From NCBI GenBank assembly GCA_040954595.2, contig CM082596.2, positions 248,001-312,000 of the forward strand: a stretch of DNA of 64,000 bases, read 5' to 3'. The position numbers were made by a program, and so were the translations under genes. Shown piece after piece: positions 13,673 through 26,800 of this stretch; positions within the stretch are counted from its first letter, which is position 1; each line of letters starts with the position of its first letter. The notes under the pieces are model-generated. The model ran no database searches. It was not told where the DNA came from and saw only the letters and a program-made list of their open reading frames with translations. Source of the DNA: Balanoglossus misakiensis (lineage: Eukaryota; Animalia; Hemichordata).

Positions 13673-16600
13673 CGTGTCCTACATGTACTTGAATTGCTGT
13701 GTGGAGATGACGTCACACACTGTTTACATTTACCTTGGTAATAAAAGGACGGGAAAGAATAAGCGGTGTGTTCGAAGGTAATCCAATTGGAAGAGTAAAT
13801 CAGATTAACAATGTCAGGCAAGAGTAACTCATACATTCACACAAATATTATTACATGCACCCAGTTCTGACGAATAGAATGATACTTTGCTGTCAGTTCA
13901 TCTAAATGTAATATTCAAACGGGTTAACATTCCTGAAGAGTTTAAGATGTTTCCTACGTCATCATTCCACACTACAACAGTTTACAGAATCAACCAAGTA
14001 TTCATTTCTTTCCATTGATAATAAACTAGGTGCGAGATTCCTTTGTTCATGTGGACTTCCTAGATTACTAACACTGTGAATCCAATTATGTTGTGTGTAG
14101 CGTACAGAAAACTTTAATTTCAAGTTGTAACTTGAATGCAAACATTCCAAATCAGGTTGATTGGATTATGGTACAAAACTATTGTGACCCTAATCCACTC
14201 AAATTGGAAACTCACTTTACACATCATTATTTCTGCCAGACATGAAGTCAGATGACTTGTGTATTTCAAATGAAGGACAGATATTCAAATGCCTCAGTAG
14301 ATCGATCACATTAATCCGATACGCTTTGATACACATTGTCAATGTAAAAAAACAAGGTTTTGTTGACTGAACGCATCTACTCTTGAATTTCAATAAAAAT
14401 CCATTATTATTTACATAGTTATGCTCAGCTTGGAAATCTTTGTTAAAAGCTTGAGCTTTTCTATCTATTTGAATAAACATTGGCATTTTTATTTGATCAC
14501 ATGTTACAAAATGATTGATTGGCGTGTTTCCTTTACATACAGCAAACTCGCCAACTAGGCATGCCTGTGTGTTACTTAGGGGAAAGTAGCTTGGTAAAAT
14601 AAACCATATGATAGCTATATGTGCCATCAACGACTGTTTATGTGTGGGTAGTTTATGATTTTCTGTACATTATCGATATCATCAATAATTAAAATAAATA
14701 AACTAAATCTGATTCAAGTTACACGGGGGTGCACACCCCCTCTCCCCTTTATTGAACAGCTTCAAACACACAAGGCAAACTCTGCATCATAAAGGATGCA
14801 TTGGCTTTAGTCTAATACTTTAAAAAAAAAAATTTAGTTGATGGAATAACTTTCTGTGAATTGTACAGGAGAAACACTCACAATGTTAACCTCCTTGAAG
14901 CCGGAGACAGACACCCATTAAAGCCAAACACATCCTTCCAGCGTATCATAATTCATGTTCATTCATTTACAATCTAGTGTAGAGACAATGAGTTTGACCG
15001 TTGCCACTTTCATTTATATTGAGAATCAAGATTTATGTTTGGCTAATGCGTGAGTTGAGTGCAATATTACCAATTAACCTGTCTATACTGCTAATGACGT
15101 ATTTTCTTTTACCTTTCGTTAATAACGCTCCTACACATCCGCCGTTCCTTTCATACGTATTTTATTGAAATTTTATATAATGTATATGATTTATCTTTCC
15201 CAATTCTTTGTAAACGAAATTGAATAAGCTGATTTACAATAAAAAGCGCAAACTCGATGACTCTGTTTTACCTCCCACGTTGTTCATCGTCTATAGTACA
15301 TTTCAAAGTAAAGTGCTTGTCACATTGTGATCCAGTGTTACGTTTATAGGGACATTATTGCATTGAGAGAACTAGTCACCCATGGACAGCATTGTTTCAA
15401 CGTCATACGCCATTTTAAGTCGGTGTTAAAAAGTGAGTTTAACATTTAAGTAACAGGTGATTAGAATCAATAATTTCGTCTCTTTTTCCTTCAACCTTTT
15501 TCTTCAAAATGTTCAATTCCCTGGTTGCTATACGATTAATGCTAGATGTTAAAGGTCATTTTAATAACAGACTTAATTGAAGGCAACAGTCATTTCAATA
15601 TAAATATCAGTTTGTTTTCAGTGGCTTACCCAATCTGGAAATTGCATGTAATTGTTTTTTAACAATGTTTGGAAATGTATCCATTACTACTTAAGCGTTG
15701 TTTATCATATTTACCACACTATTTAATCCATTCAGCGATTATTTATGTTTCATATCTTCTGAGGTGAGCTATAATGCTGAGTATGATTATTGCTTTAGGT
15801 GATGAGTGAATAGTAGTAGAGTATGGATATATTGTTGAATGTTTCCAACAGGGGTCTTTAAAAGATTTGTGCCTGGCGCAACGCTAATGCTATATTGAGC
15901 TTTGCAGCCGGAATAGCGACCATACTAATAAAGCATGAATTCTTTACGGCGACGCTTGTCTGATGTACACGATATTTCAATTAGCTCATTTGACAGTGTT
16001 TTTCAACAACTCCACTGAGGTTAAACGACGTAAAAGATAAAGCAAGGAATGGAAAACATTTACTTTGGACTACCCATAATATCTGATTTATACTAATGGT
16101 ATTTTTGAGCAGTGAGATATACAAGCTGTAATTTTGTGCAAAGCCGACACCATTACTTTTCTGCCCAGATGACCATTACAGCTATTGCTTAAAAATATGT
16201 TCAAACATACGTGTCCAACTAGAATTGTTTAAACACATTTCGTATTCTGACAGTATAGCATACTGGAGAATCTACTCAGAGATGTGTGCTTAAGTCAAAT
16301 TCCCAATGAACACATACGTATCAGGACAACCTCCCTTAAACACTCTCAATATCTATTCAGACTAGCATGTCACATAATGCAGTTCTAGATTGATCTATAC
16401 ACACCACATATTCACAATCATTTAGTTAAATGTGAATAAAATATGACAATTTCTACATACATTTAAATGTGAGTGGTCTAGCATCTTTGATATGATATGC
16501 CAAATTCTCAAGAAAGTGAATTTTCTTTTAGCCTTAAATTTTGATATATTTTGATCGATTTGGCCTTTTACTGAACTTTGTGAGAGAACGCACAACGCAG

Positions 16601-19600
16601 CATTTTTATTAAGCAGTTATAAGCGCGTACATGACTGAAGGGAAACAAGCTCATTATTAGCTATTTCGCAGCATGAACTAATAAGAAACCACAGGGCATT
16701 GGCAGAATCCTACATGTACTCTGATAAACAGAACAGGCGTTGATGATATGCTATTAGGGCAACACAATGAACAGTCATGTTACAGATTATAAACACATTT
16801 CAATCAAATTTCAACTAAAGAGTTATTGGTGTCAATCATACTTCATGTAGATGCATGTACAGAGGTTAATGTCATGATCATGATTGGCGCTTAAGTTCAA
16901 TCAATAATATTTATAAAGAGTGTTGGTGTTGAAATAATTCATGGCGATCACCTGCTATCATTATCGGGTCTGTATAGCCCTGTATTTGGACATAGCTTCA
17001 TTGTCTTTGGGGAATCAGTCAAGCATGTAACGCATGATCTGAAAGTCGTCACTGTAAACACATTGTCTTGATTATTAGCAGCCTTCTCATTTCAACTTCA
17101 TGAACTTTACACATAAGTGTACCATGTCCTGCTTTCAGTGAGAGAAATCCTTTCTGAATGTTACCTAACATGAACTTTGTGACCCCCGATTTACAATTTC
17201 ATTTAAAATTCAACAGATGTTTCATCTGAACTAGAATTAAAGCTAATGTAAACGAAACCAAAATGCCAATATCCGTTCAGTATCGATAGAAATTGTGATG
17301 CTTTCACAGAGGTAACAGTGTTGACAAAAAGAAATCTACTACATTCTGTGCTAAAATTGAGCTCATCTGGTGCTTTTGCATAATGTGTATATTTCACAAA
17401 AAATAATCTCGTAAAAGTAAACTGGAAGATGAGTGTAATCTTCCTCGTTTTATTACATCTTCTTCGGTTGAGTACCGTACATTACCGTGCAATCAGTTTG
17501 TAGCCATTGCTATTTTTAAAGAAATGACAGAAATGACTCCTATTTACATTCTTCTGGACTGTGCAGTGAATGGTGAGCCACAGTTTTTTTCTCACGTCCG
17601 TAGTGGAGCGAGTGTGAGAATTTTGAAATCAATTTGATTCAGGAACAACAAAAGCATGACACCAAATTATTGTTTTATTATTATTTTTGATATTGTTGTT
17701 GTTAAGTGTAAGATCCTCAAATAATCATATTTATACTGTTTGCTCATGAATCGTACACGATGCATTGGAAATAACACAGACACTTGACATATATCCTTTC
17801 AAATAGAGTTTGTTCAAAGAGTCACATTATCCTGTCAATGTCACCCATTTCTTTGTAAAGGACGTTTCCTAGATTGCATTCCCCGAATCCATTACGGCAA
17901 AGGAATTATACCCACTCCATAACTTGCGAATTAGGGGATTAGATTCGGAACATACATATTAGATGTTCGCACCGGTTTGCAGGAAAACATGATTACCTTC
18001 GTCAGTGCTTAGTCAGGGAAGCAAAATATAAACTATGCTTATCTTAAGAAAAGAATTCCTGATTATAGTGATCATTCAGGATCTGTTCATAGGAAAAATA
18101 GGGGGTATGTGCCAGTCAGTTTATAGCATCCTTCAATCGCCATGCTGTAGGCGATGAAGTGGGTTATTCCGTAAAGTTGTGAAATCATTAACCTGCTCTT
18201 CCCCTGTTACGTATTTGTATACAACCTGTTGAAGTAAAATGCCAAGAAAGTCCTCTGCTGTAGACAGTAAGTATTTTGAACTTCTCTTTATGATGCGGTT
18301 GCCCTTTGATGAAAGTGAATAAAATAGAAAGCTGTACATAACAATGATTTGATTACTTCTATAAATTAAACGTCGGAAACTAGAAGTATCATTTTTTTAT
18401 AGCACTGTAAATTTATCGTATCTCAGAGAAAGCTTTACTAAATGATATAAGGTTCCATTGTCAGATTGTAAAGTTAAGTGGTCTTTCATAAGTCAACGTT
18501 AATTCAATACGTCATCATGTGAGATAGTAAAATTTACGGAGGGCAGCATTTCCGCTTGCCAAGGTCTCCTTTCTCACAGCATGATGTTCTGCGAATACAG
18601 AACTTAGCGGAACAGGCTGTCAGATCATGGATTTATAAGCACCACCCCTCACATGTATACGACATGTAAGTAGAAATCTAACATATGGGATGGCAAAACA
18701 TAAACAAATGGGTATTACTGTCATTCAAAAATTGCATTGGTGATTATAGTTGCTTCGAGGAAATCTCATGGTTGGTTGCCGGGACAACTGCTTGGTTAAT
18801 ATAAAAGTCAGTGAAGAAATTCACGCCACTGGCTTTATCTAACAATGTTCTGTGCACATCTTTGAATACTCCCTGTGTTATTCAAAACCGACACGTTGCA
18901 ATTCATCCTTGGGGTTTTCATTGTGTGACAGCTCATTTGCAAATGTGGGAGCGGTGTAGAGCTTCCGTTCTGTAAGACGTCTTTTGATGCATTGCAAAGT
19001 GAGCGGGGACATCTTCTTAGGCTCACAGCATGACAAGCTCGATAAGGAAATGGTGCCCAATTGACATGTGGTTATGGAAAAAGACTGATCATTAACCTGG
19101 AAAGCATAGTAATAACATGCCATGTTGTTATAATGTAGTTTTGGACAAGTTGGCCACAGGAAAAACAACTGCAAAACAAATCTGCTGATGCCATTTTCCA
19201 TGTTGATCTGTCAGTTGAGGAGATTCTGAAATTGTTTGCCAAATATGTAGTTTTACGACCCACAGTATGCTAGTGGCACATTTTTCAGATTGCACAATAA
19301 GCTGTAGGCTTTTTTCACCATCATTACATGCAATTTTTTACCAGACTAGGTAAATACGGATAATCATTTTTCTTGGAATTTAGGCGAACGTTACTCTTAG
19401 AATACCCACAGGGGTATATCCCGTAAATTAAGGAAAGGTCACACGTCCAGTTTAAGAGGTCTGTCAGTGGGAAGTGTTCAAAACAAAATAAGACTCATCA
19501 ACAGCTGTAAGTCAATTTTCATGTTATTTTCAAGGTAAAATAAAATGTCTTTATAGTTTAACACGGTGATCATGGTGATTAATGGTTCACAATTCAATGG

Positions 19601-22600
19601 TCACTATAAAACGATTAAAACACTGTCATGTGGATGTGATGAGCCTTCATATTGCAAGAACTCCAGAGAGATTTTTTTCTATCGTCATGGTTCGTCTTCC
19701 TCACTTAAGAAAATAATATGTATTAATATTCCATAGGCTTACCCCTCTACAGAAATACTTCCAAATAGATGAACACTTATCCGGTTTTAGATGGTGCAGT
19801 CGAAAAGTGAAGTTCTCGGAAGCATGTTTGGAAAAACTATTGTTCCAATGAGAGTGAAAAGCAGCTTGAGATCGCGTCATTTATCGACCTGTCTGCAAAA
19901 ATCATGTATATATTGAGATTTACACTGCGTTATTGAATTGCTGAAATCCATTAAGTAATGACATCGGCGTAGTCACACAATCAATCACCGTCCTGTCAGC
20001 CAAAAGGTTAAGGACCTCGATTACCACAATGACACCAGCCACACTGCAAAGACATTTTACTTAGACTGTGCTGACGGTAACATCCTCTTCCTTTCTTACA
20101 AACAAATGATCATGCAGTACATGATGCTCATGTTCACTTATCCTCCATTAGAAAATAATCTACCTAGCCTGACTGATACAGAACATCTTGTGCACATTTA
20201 ATGGTTCAACTTGATATGAACACGACTAGCTGCCAAATGAACATGACTGTGTGATACTTTTTTTCAAGACACAGAGAAACTTTTTTAAGTAGTTGATATA
20301 GTCTAGATCAGTGACTATAGTTGCAGTTATTGAGGTCTTTCACCTTGTTGCTATATAACAATGGATAATGTGAACATTTGAACATTTATTCTCATCTGCC
20401 ACAGATTGAAACAAATAAATGACATGATCAGAATATGGCAACATCTGGATTCACTGTTTACCTATACGCCTAACGTCATTGCTCAATGATTGATAATGAC
20501 AGCTAATATATGCTAGAAGTCATATTCTCTCTGTATTTTTATCTTAGATGTGTAAACTTCCTTCAACCTTGGGAGGGGATTTAATAAGAAATGTTTCGAC
20601 CGTTAGAGGTTAAACTAAAATGGTGACTGACAAGCAATAATGTTAATTATGAGACATGAAACAAAGAAAGTTATATCGTGCCAATTTTATAGGTTTATCC
20701 TAACAGCTGTTTCCACTTGTTATTTCATCTAATTTAGTCAATGTTACCTCATAAAAGGGTTACCTAAAATAATTGTGACCATCGGGATAGGGAAGACTTA
20801 ATCTAAATCAATTTATTCCTGGAGGTCCAATTTGGTTCCTCCACCATCAGTTCACCTCAAGGCAATTTTCTAATCCTCATTACTAAAACTCTCCAAGGGT
20901 TTTCTGATGAATAACATGCTTTTGTTTGCATGTCAACTCCTGAACTATTAGGATGGTTTTTCTAGTCTGAGATCAAAATGTATTGACGCTTTCGATGAGT
21001 AACCTTTTATTTTTAGTGCAGGAAGACACAAATTAACCCTGTGAAGTTGTCACTGCCACTTTCCAGTGAACTGCACAAACAATAATCAACAAAGGTGAAG
21101 ACAGTTCACTCTGATTAACTTGTATTCTATGTGCTATATTTTAATATTCTGATCTAATGAGATTCGCGATAATACAATTAGCCCGGCACACAAGAAGGTG
21201 ACTATGAGAAATCTCTCGCAACATCTTAAAGAAAAGAAAGCCTTAAACTTAAAGTTCCTTTATATTGTCCCTTATTTTGAGTTCTGTATTCCGTTTATAA
21301 CCCTATTTCAAATAATATGACTATAGTAATAATCATAAATCTGTTTACATCAATGTGCTATAGAATAAAAGGTATAAATAATATTTTATGAGGATAATAC
21401 CATTCTGGAATCGCTTCATAAGTAAGAAATCATTCCAAACTGAATGAAATCAATTGAAATACTTATTTCATAACTCACTCAAACAAAACATCTACTACTG
21501 GAATGATCATCTACTACATTCTTTTCTTTCGGTTGCTTGTCAATCTTGCTCATAAATCTCACTCACACTGACTATAACTCAATCCATCAATATATGCATG
21601 TCGTTTTGAAATGGCATCATTCCATTTGATGCATTCCGTTGATGTCATATATAATCGTCCAATTAAATGAAAGCGAACACATGGAGAGACCTCATGAAAG
21701 CACCCTCCCATGATGCATTATCAAATTGGAAGTCTGCAATATGAAGAACCCGCATGAAATCCAATATGGTAGGTGTTCTGGTGAACAAAACATGGGTTCT
21801 CACGTGAGAAGTCTTTCATTTCACATGTCATTAGACCCTAGTGTCTGGGAAACATTTTACAAAATATGTGATACTTTTTGTACACGGTTTGCTCATTATT
21901 GTAATAACTATATAGATTGCACAGCGATATTATCATCCATTATAATGCCCATTTTATTCTTGACTCAAAATGCATCCATGGCTACATAGTATGCATGCAA
22001 TAAAGTTCCCACAGATTGACAAAATAAATATGCACTACGTTCGAGAATTAATCGTCCAGCTAGCTCTTCTTTCCTCAATCAGTATCTTATTGTTTGACAT
22101 TATAGTTTGACACACTTGGCAAGAAAAACGTGGTCAAAATCGCAATGCAACAGCAGCTGGCAATACGAACCGTATAGCAAATCAAAATGTATTAAAATTA
22201 TAGTGTATCTCTTTGCCTCGATCATGTCCACCATCTGAGGCAGAGAGCTAGGCTTGTTTCTACATTCAAACATTTTATTCGGCAGGTGTCATGAATTGGT
22301 AAACAAGTGCAATATAAATAGACAAATGATCAATGATAGCTTTGGTAACATTTGCATTTAGATTTCGATTGCTGCCTTTTTTACGTATGGCGGGTGCTTT
22401 AACTTTAGTTATTCAATTTAAATTATAAAAACAACTCTAGTACTTTATACCTTAATACTGATGATGTTCATGAAATTAAAAAATATTCATGCCAAAGTCT
22501 GATTAGTAGACAATTTCCTATTCAAAGCTTCGTTGACCTGCTTGCAGCTTTCAACATTATTCCACTTCGGTGATTACCACAAAATTTGGTCAATTTGAAT

Positions 22601-23652
22601 GTAAATTGTTCACAAAGTCTTGTTATTTCAAGTATTGCTAGACTTGTCTCACAGAAGGCCAACAAAACGAGTTCAAAGCATTTATAGAAACCGTGAATAA
22701 AATGTGAACACTAATGCGCAACATTTTAACCATAGTTTGGAAACCGTAAAAGACTAGCTGTTTCTTAAACGCTTGCTCATAGCAGCTGAAATTACAGGGA
22801 CACAAGGATGAAGACTATAACGATAGTATCTTTCTTCTCAGAATCACTCAGAGTGTGCTAAATATAGTTCCACTTTGACTATCTAGTTGATTATAACCAT
22901 TTGAGGGCATTTGCGTTGCCTGTCATCTAAAGGGAAAGTGCTAAAAGTATCAAATGTCAATGTTGTGTGTGTGCAACTTAGAGTTCTATCCAACATTTCA
23001 GATCGTACTGCTCCATAATCTAAATATCAAACCCCTAACAATTAGATTCATTGGCCTGGACTTGCGTACAAAAACAATAATGTCTAGCTAGTATATTACT
23101 TTACAATTGGTATGCCAGACACACCGATTACCACTTAACTGTGGCAAGTGATCAGTTTGAATACATAAAAGAGCTTATAATTTTTCCTAAACGCCTAAAA
23201 ATAAAGCTTCGATGTTAAATTATTCCTGACAATACGACTAAATGAAGTTTAGATTTATTCACCGCTACAGAGTCTTGTTAATTAACCAAATTGGAATTAT
23301 TGATCTAAGGTGCAAATGTTTACAATTAAAATGTTGCCTAACTAATTTCATCATTCCAGCACACTCAAAAGTTACATGATATGATTTGGCACAGCCAAAC
23401 ATGAACTGTTGCCCAAATACCAACATTGCTAATGGTTACAACGGCACACTCCCCCCAAAAGTGCCGTATAACTCCCATTGCCTGACGCATTTTGTGATAC
23501 CCAAACCGTGCGAAGGTGACACATACAGCAACGCATATTGATGTCCTGCAGGTATCCGTTATACGTTAGAGTTTATTCAACACAAGGTGAAGTGATGTAG
23601 CCGTGTGCCATGTACCAGCTCTGAATGTCGTTAAAGTAATAATACAGCTTAC

Positions 23653-23866
23653 CTGCGTGAATCAAAAATGGAATATGAACCCTTCAATTTCAGCAGTTGT
23701 GTTACTGTATCTGTTAGGTACATTGGCTGACATTATAGAGATCTAAATACATTTTTCGGAAATCTTTTTCGATGTAAGTGGCTCAACAACGATACGCCTT
23801 ATTTATGACATACCACGCTGTGTCAATCAGCAGTGGAGAAAAATATTCTGAACTTGTAAAAGGTAT
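23653..23866 (-). other. Candidate non-coding internal exon
   Basis: Strong acceptor cattctcttatttccag| and strong donor CAG|gtaagc delimiting 214 nt. All three frames are closed. Confidence 0.4.
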
Positions 23867-26800
23867 CTGGAAATAAGAGAATGCATTTGTAAAGTAATGG
23901 CCGCTACTTAGATTCTTTTTTGTTTGCTTTTCTCTCTTTGTTGTTGCGAGTGAATGCGCCAAGAGCTTTGCTGTATGTCATTCAAAATGCCACTTCCTAT
24001 GGCAAGACCTTATGACCTTAGCATTCATAGAATAGAACATACAGACGTGCTGTTCACAAGGGTCTACATGACGTGCAATATGGTTATTTGCTAAATGTTA
24101 CTGGGGTCACTTTAAATATCAACATCAAAATGAACTCTGGGTCCATGTCTACATCACTGAGAGAGGTGCAAAAAATTTATTGGAAAAGATTCTTGTGACA
24201 TTTTGTTTTTTACTACAACCATTGTTTCAACCCTTTTCGATAATGATTCTAATCATTATAAATTAAAAATCACTGATGACATGAATTTAACTGTCAGTTA
24301 GTGGATGGATGTTCGAGTAATGGGGTCACTGAAACTTACATTATCTGTTCAATAAATTAATAAAGTCACATTGAGTAATTCTTCTTCGATTTCTCCAAAT
24401 GTCAATGGTCTCTTTCAAAAAAAAAGAACCATTCTCAAAACTGGCCAAGGCATTCAAGGGAAACTTATTTGAGGAAATAAAATGTGCCTCTGATTCAACT
24501 GGGACTGCGACAGACTACAAATGAGGTTTGCCTCACAGTTGATAAAGCAGACAATTTTCGCCAGATCGCGTTATCTAGTTAAACCACTCCACATGTCGTG
24601 AAGATGCTCGTTACTGTAATTTAGTTTCCATTCAATCTACCAATAATACTCTAAACCATTAGAACGATAATAGCCATCATGCCTTTGAGATTCCAGAACA
24701 TTAATTTCCGTCTCGGACACAGTACAATGTTACCCTGGTGATTTCTGAATGATGCAAATTAAACACATGCAGTACAGCGAGAGTAACAATACCTTTATCA
24801 ACCTCGTGGACATCAATTATCTGTTCTTCAAGTAAAAATGTAATTTCTGAACGGGACGTGATCCATCCAAACTACATGTATATGCTTAGAGACATAAAAT
24901 GGATAGGGCTTGGATATAGGGTACGGTAACTTATGGAACATGTAAAAAACAAAACTATTAAAGACAAAATTGTTTTCAGCGATCAATGGCGCTTACGTTT
25001 TCTTTTGTATTCACATTGGATTTACTGATCAGGCAACAAGTGCACTTCACCTTGACCTGAAAGTGATAGCGACAGTTAAGACAATATAGATTCTCTTCCA
25101 TCCAGAGTTCCCTTGCTGCATGGCCTTATACTCTTGCTGCACTGTACTCAAGACAGATGACAGACTCATAGGGACGCCATTTCAGCTTACCCTATTTGAT
25201 CTGCAAACCTGCAGCACTATAGTGACCCTGTCAATAAGCGTACTTCATTTTGACAGGCTTTTCAACGTAGCATGGACCTGCCTGATGTAGTTCATGCAAT
25301 GTTACTGATGAAACTGATGCAAAGATAGGATGTTGTGTTATTGTTATTGTTCCGTGATAAATTGGCAGCTATTCATTTGGATTTCTTTTTGGTACACAAT
25401 AATTGATATGCCCTTTGATAATTAAGTCTTTGAGATAAAAAGCCAAGCATTTATGGGTCAGGGTGTTTTCTTGCGCCTATTAATTTAGCCAATTGAGGAA
25501 CGTTTTATATTCAACCATTTAAGCCTTTTATTGTACAGCATTGCATATCCATAGCTGGTCTTTGTCTGACAAAATAGAGTTTTCTGTCAAAATACATCCA
25601 TTTTTCTCTTTAAAAGACACACATCCTGACAAATGCCACCATTGTAACAGAGAAAATTCGATAATTACATTTAGTATCTCAAATCGATATTCAAAAACAT
25701 TCAGCTTTATTTCAAAAGGGAAGAAGTTTACCAAGCTAATCATAGTTTGAACTCCGTATTGAGTGTTTACTCCATATTCTGTAATTTCCACAGTCACTCT
25801 TGGGCATGCATGATTATATACCAAGTACCATATGGCATCATTGTGTTGGAAAACATATTGAAAACAAATTATGGAACTAATCACACAGCAACGTCAGATT
25901 GTTAGCATACATTACACTTAACGACGTTTCATTTCTTTCCTCTTGACAATTCTGTTGAATGCTTTGGCATGCTCCAATATGCCCTTTCCTATTCTCGTGT
26001 TCAGCTGACACACACTCATATCAGCCTTAGTGAACGTCAACGCCTGTGGCAAAAATTGTGATACGTATAATGTTTCTCGTGAATGCAACGTCATGGTTGT
26101 CCCTGGGAAATACTGTAATGTTACACTTCATCTCTGACGATTGCCACATACTTTCTGAGTAATTTTGTTTCCAATTCACCACTGCTTTATTTATACAGCT
26201 TTGCTACGTGTGATACCCCGGAATATACAAATGTCAAAACCCTTATAGTCACAGAATAAAAATAAAATAAAAGATGAAAGCAAAACACAAAAGTTAAGAT
26301 GAAAACATTTCTTTTTGTAAAAGCAAACATCTTTGAAACAAGAAATATTTGTGAAGCGCTGAGGATCACTGCCTCATTAGTGAAGTTTTATAAGGACATG
26401 TGCCCACACAATGAGTCCTTTGATGCAAGTGCACTCTCCTATACTCTCAAAAGGTTTTGACAAACCATTTGAGATTTCCTTACGTCTCGAGCGAAACAAT
26501 CAAACGTGGCAAATGGAGAAGCCTTGATGTCATCTCCCATGGGAAACTTAATCGGCCTTGTTAACGTTAAGGTTCAGATGAAGATCGAACGACTCGAACC
26601 ATTAACAAGATAAATTAAAGGGTTGTGATTAGTTTCTGTGCAGAGTAAATAATCAAATGAAGTGTTACAGTTAAATTATAATGAAGCTACTTCAGGTCAC
26701 AAATTCAAAGATTGGTGTAATTACAACACTACTTAAAAACCAATATTGTGACCCTTTTATAAACTTAATTTGATTGACTTTAAAGACACTGTTGATTTCT

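Noticed and set aside
23431-23479. Hairpin acggcac/gtgccgt with imperfect extension
   Set aside because: Only a 7-bp perfect core and a large loop. Expected by chance.
25541-25750. DKCHHCNRENSII resembling the L1/Tx1 ORF2 C-terminal zinc knuckle
   Set aside because: The downstream His and Cys of the CCHC motif are missing and no RT motifs are visible upstream.
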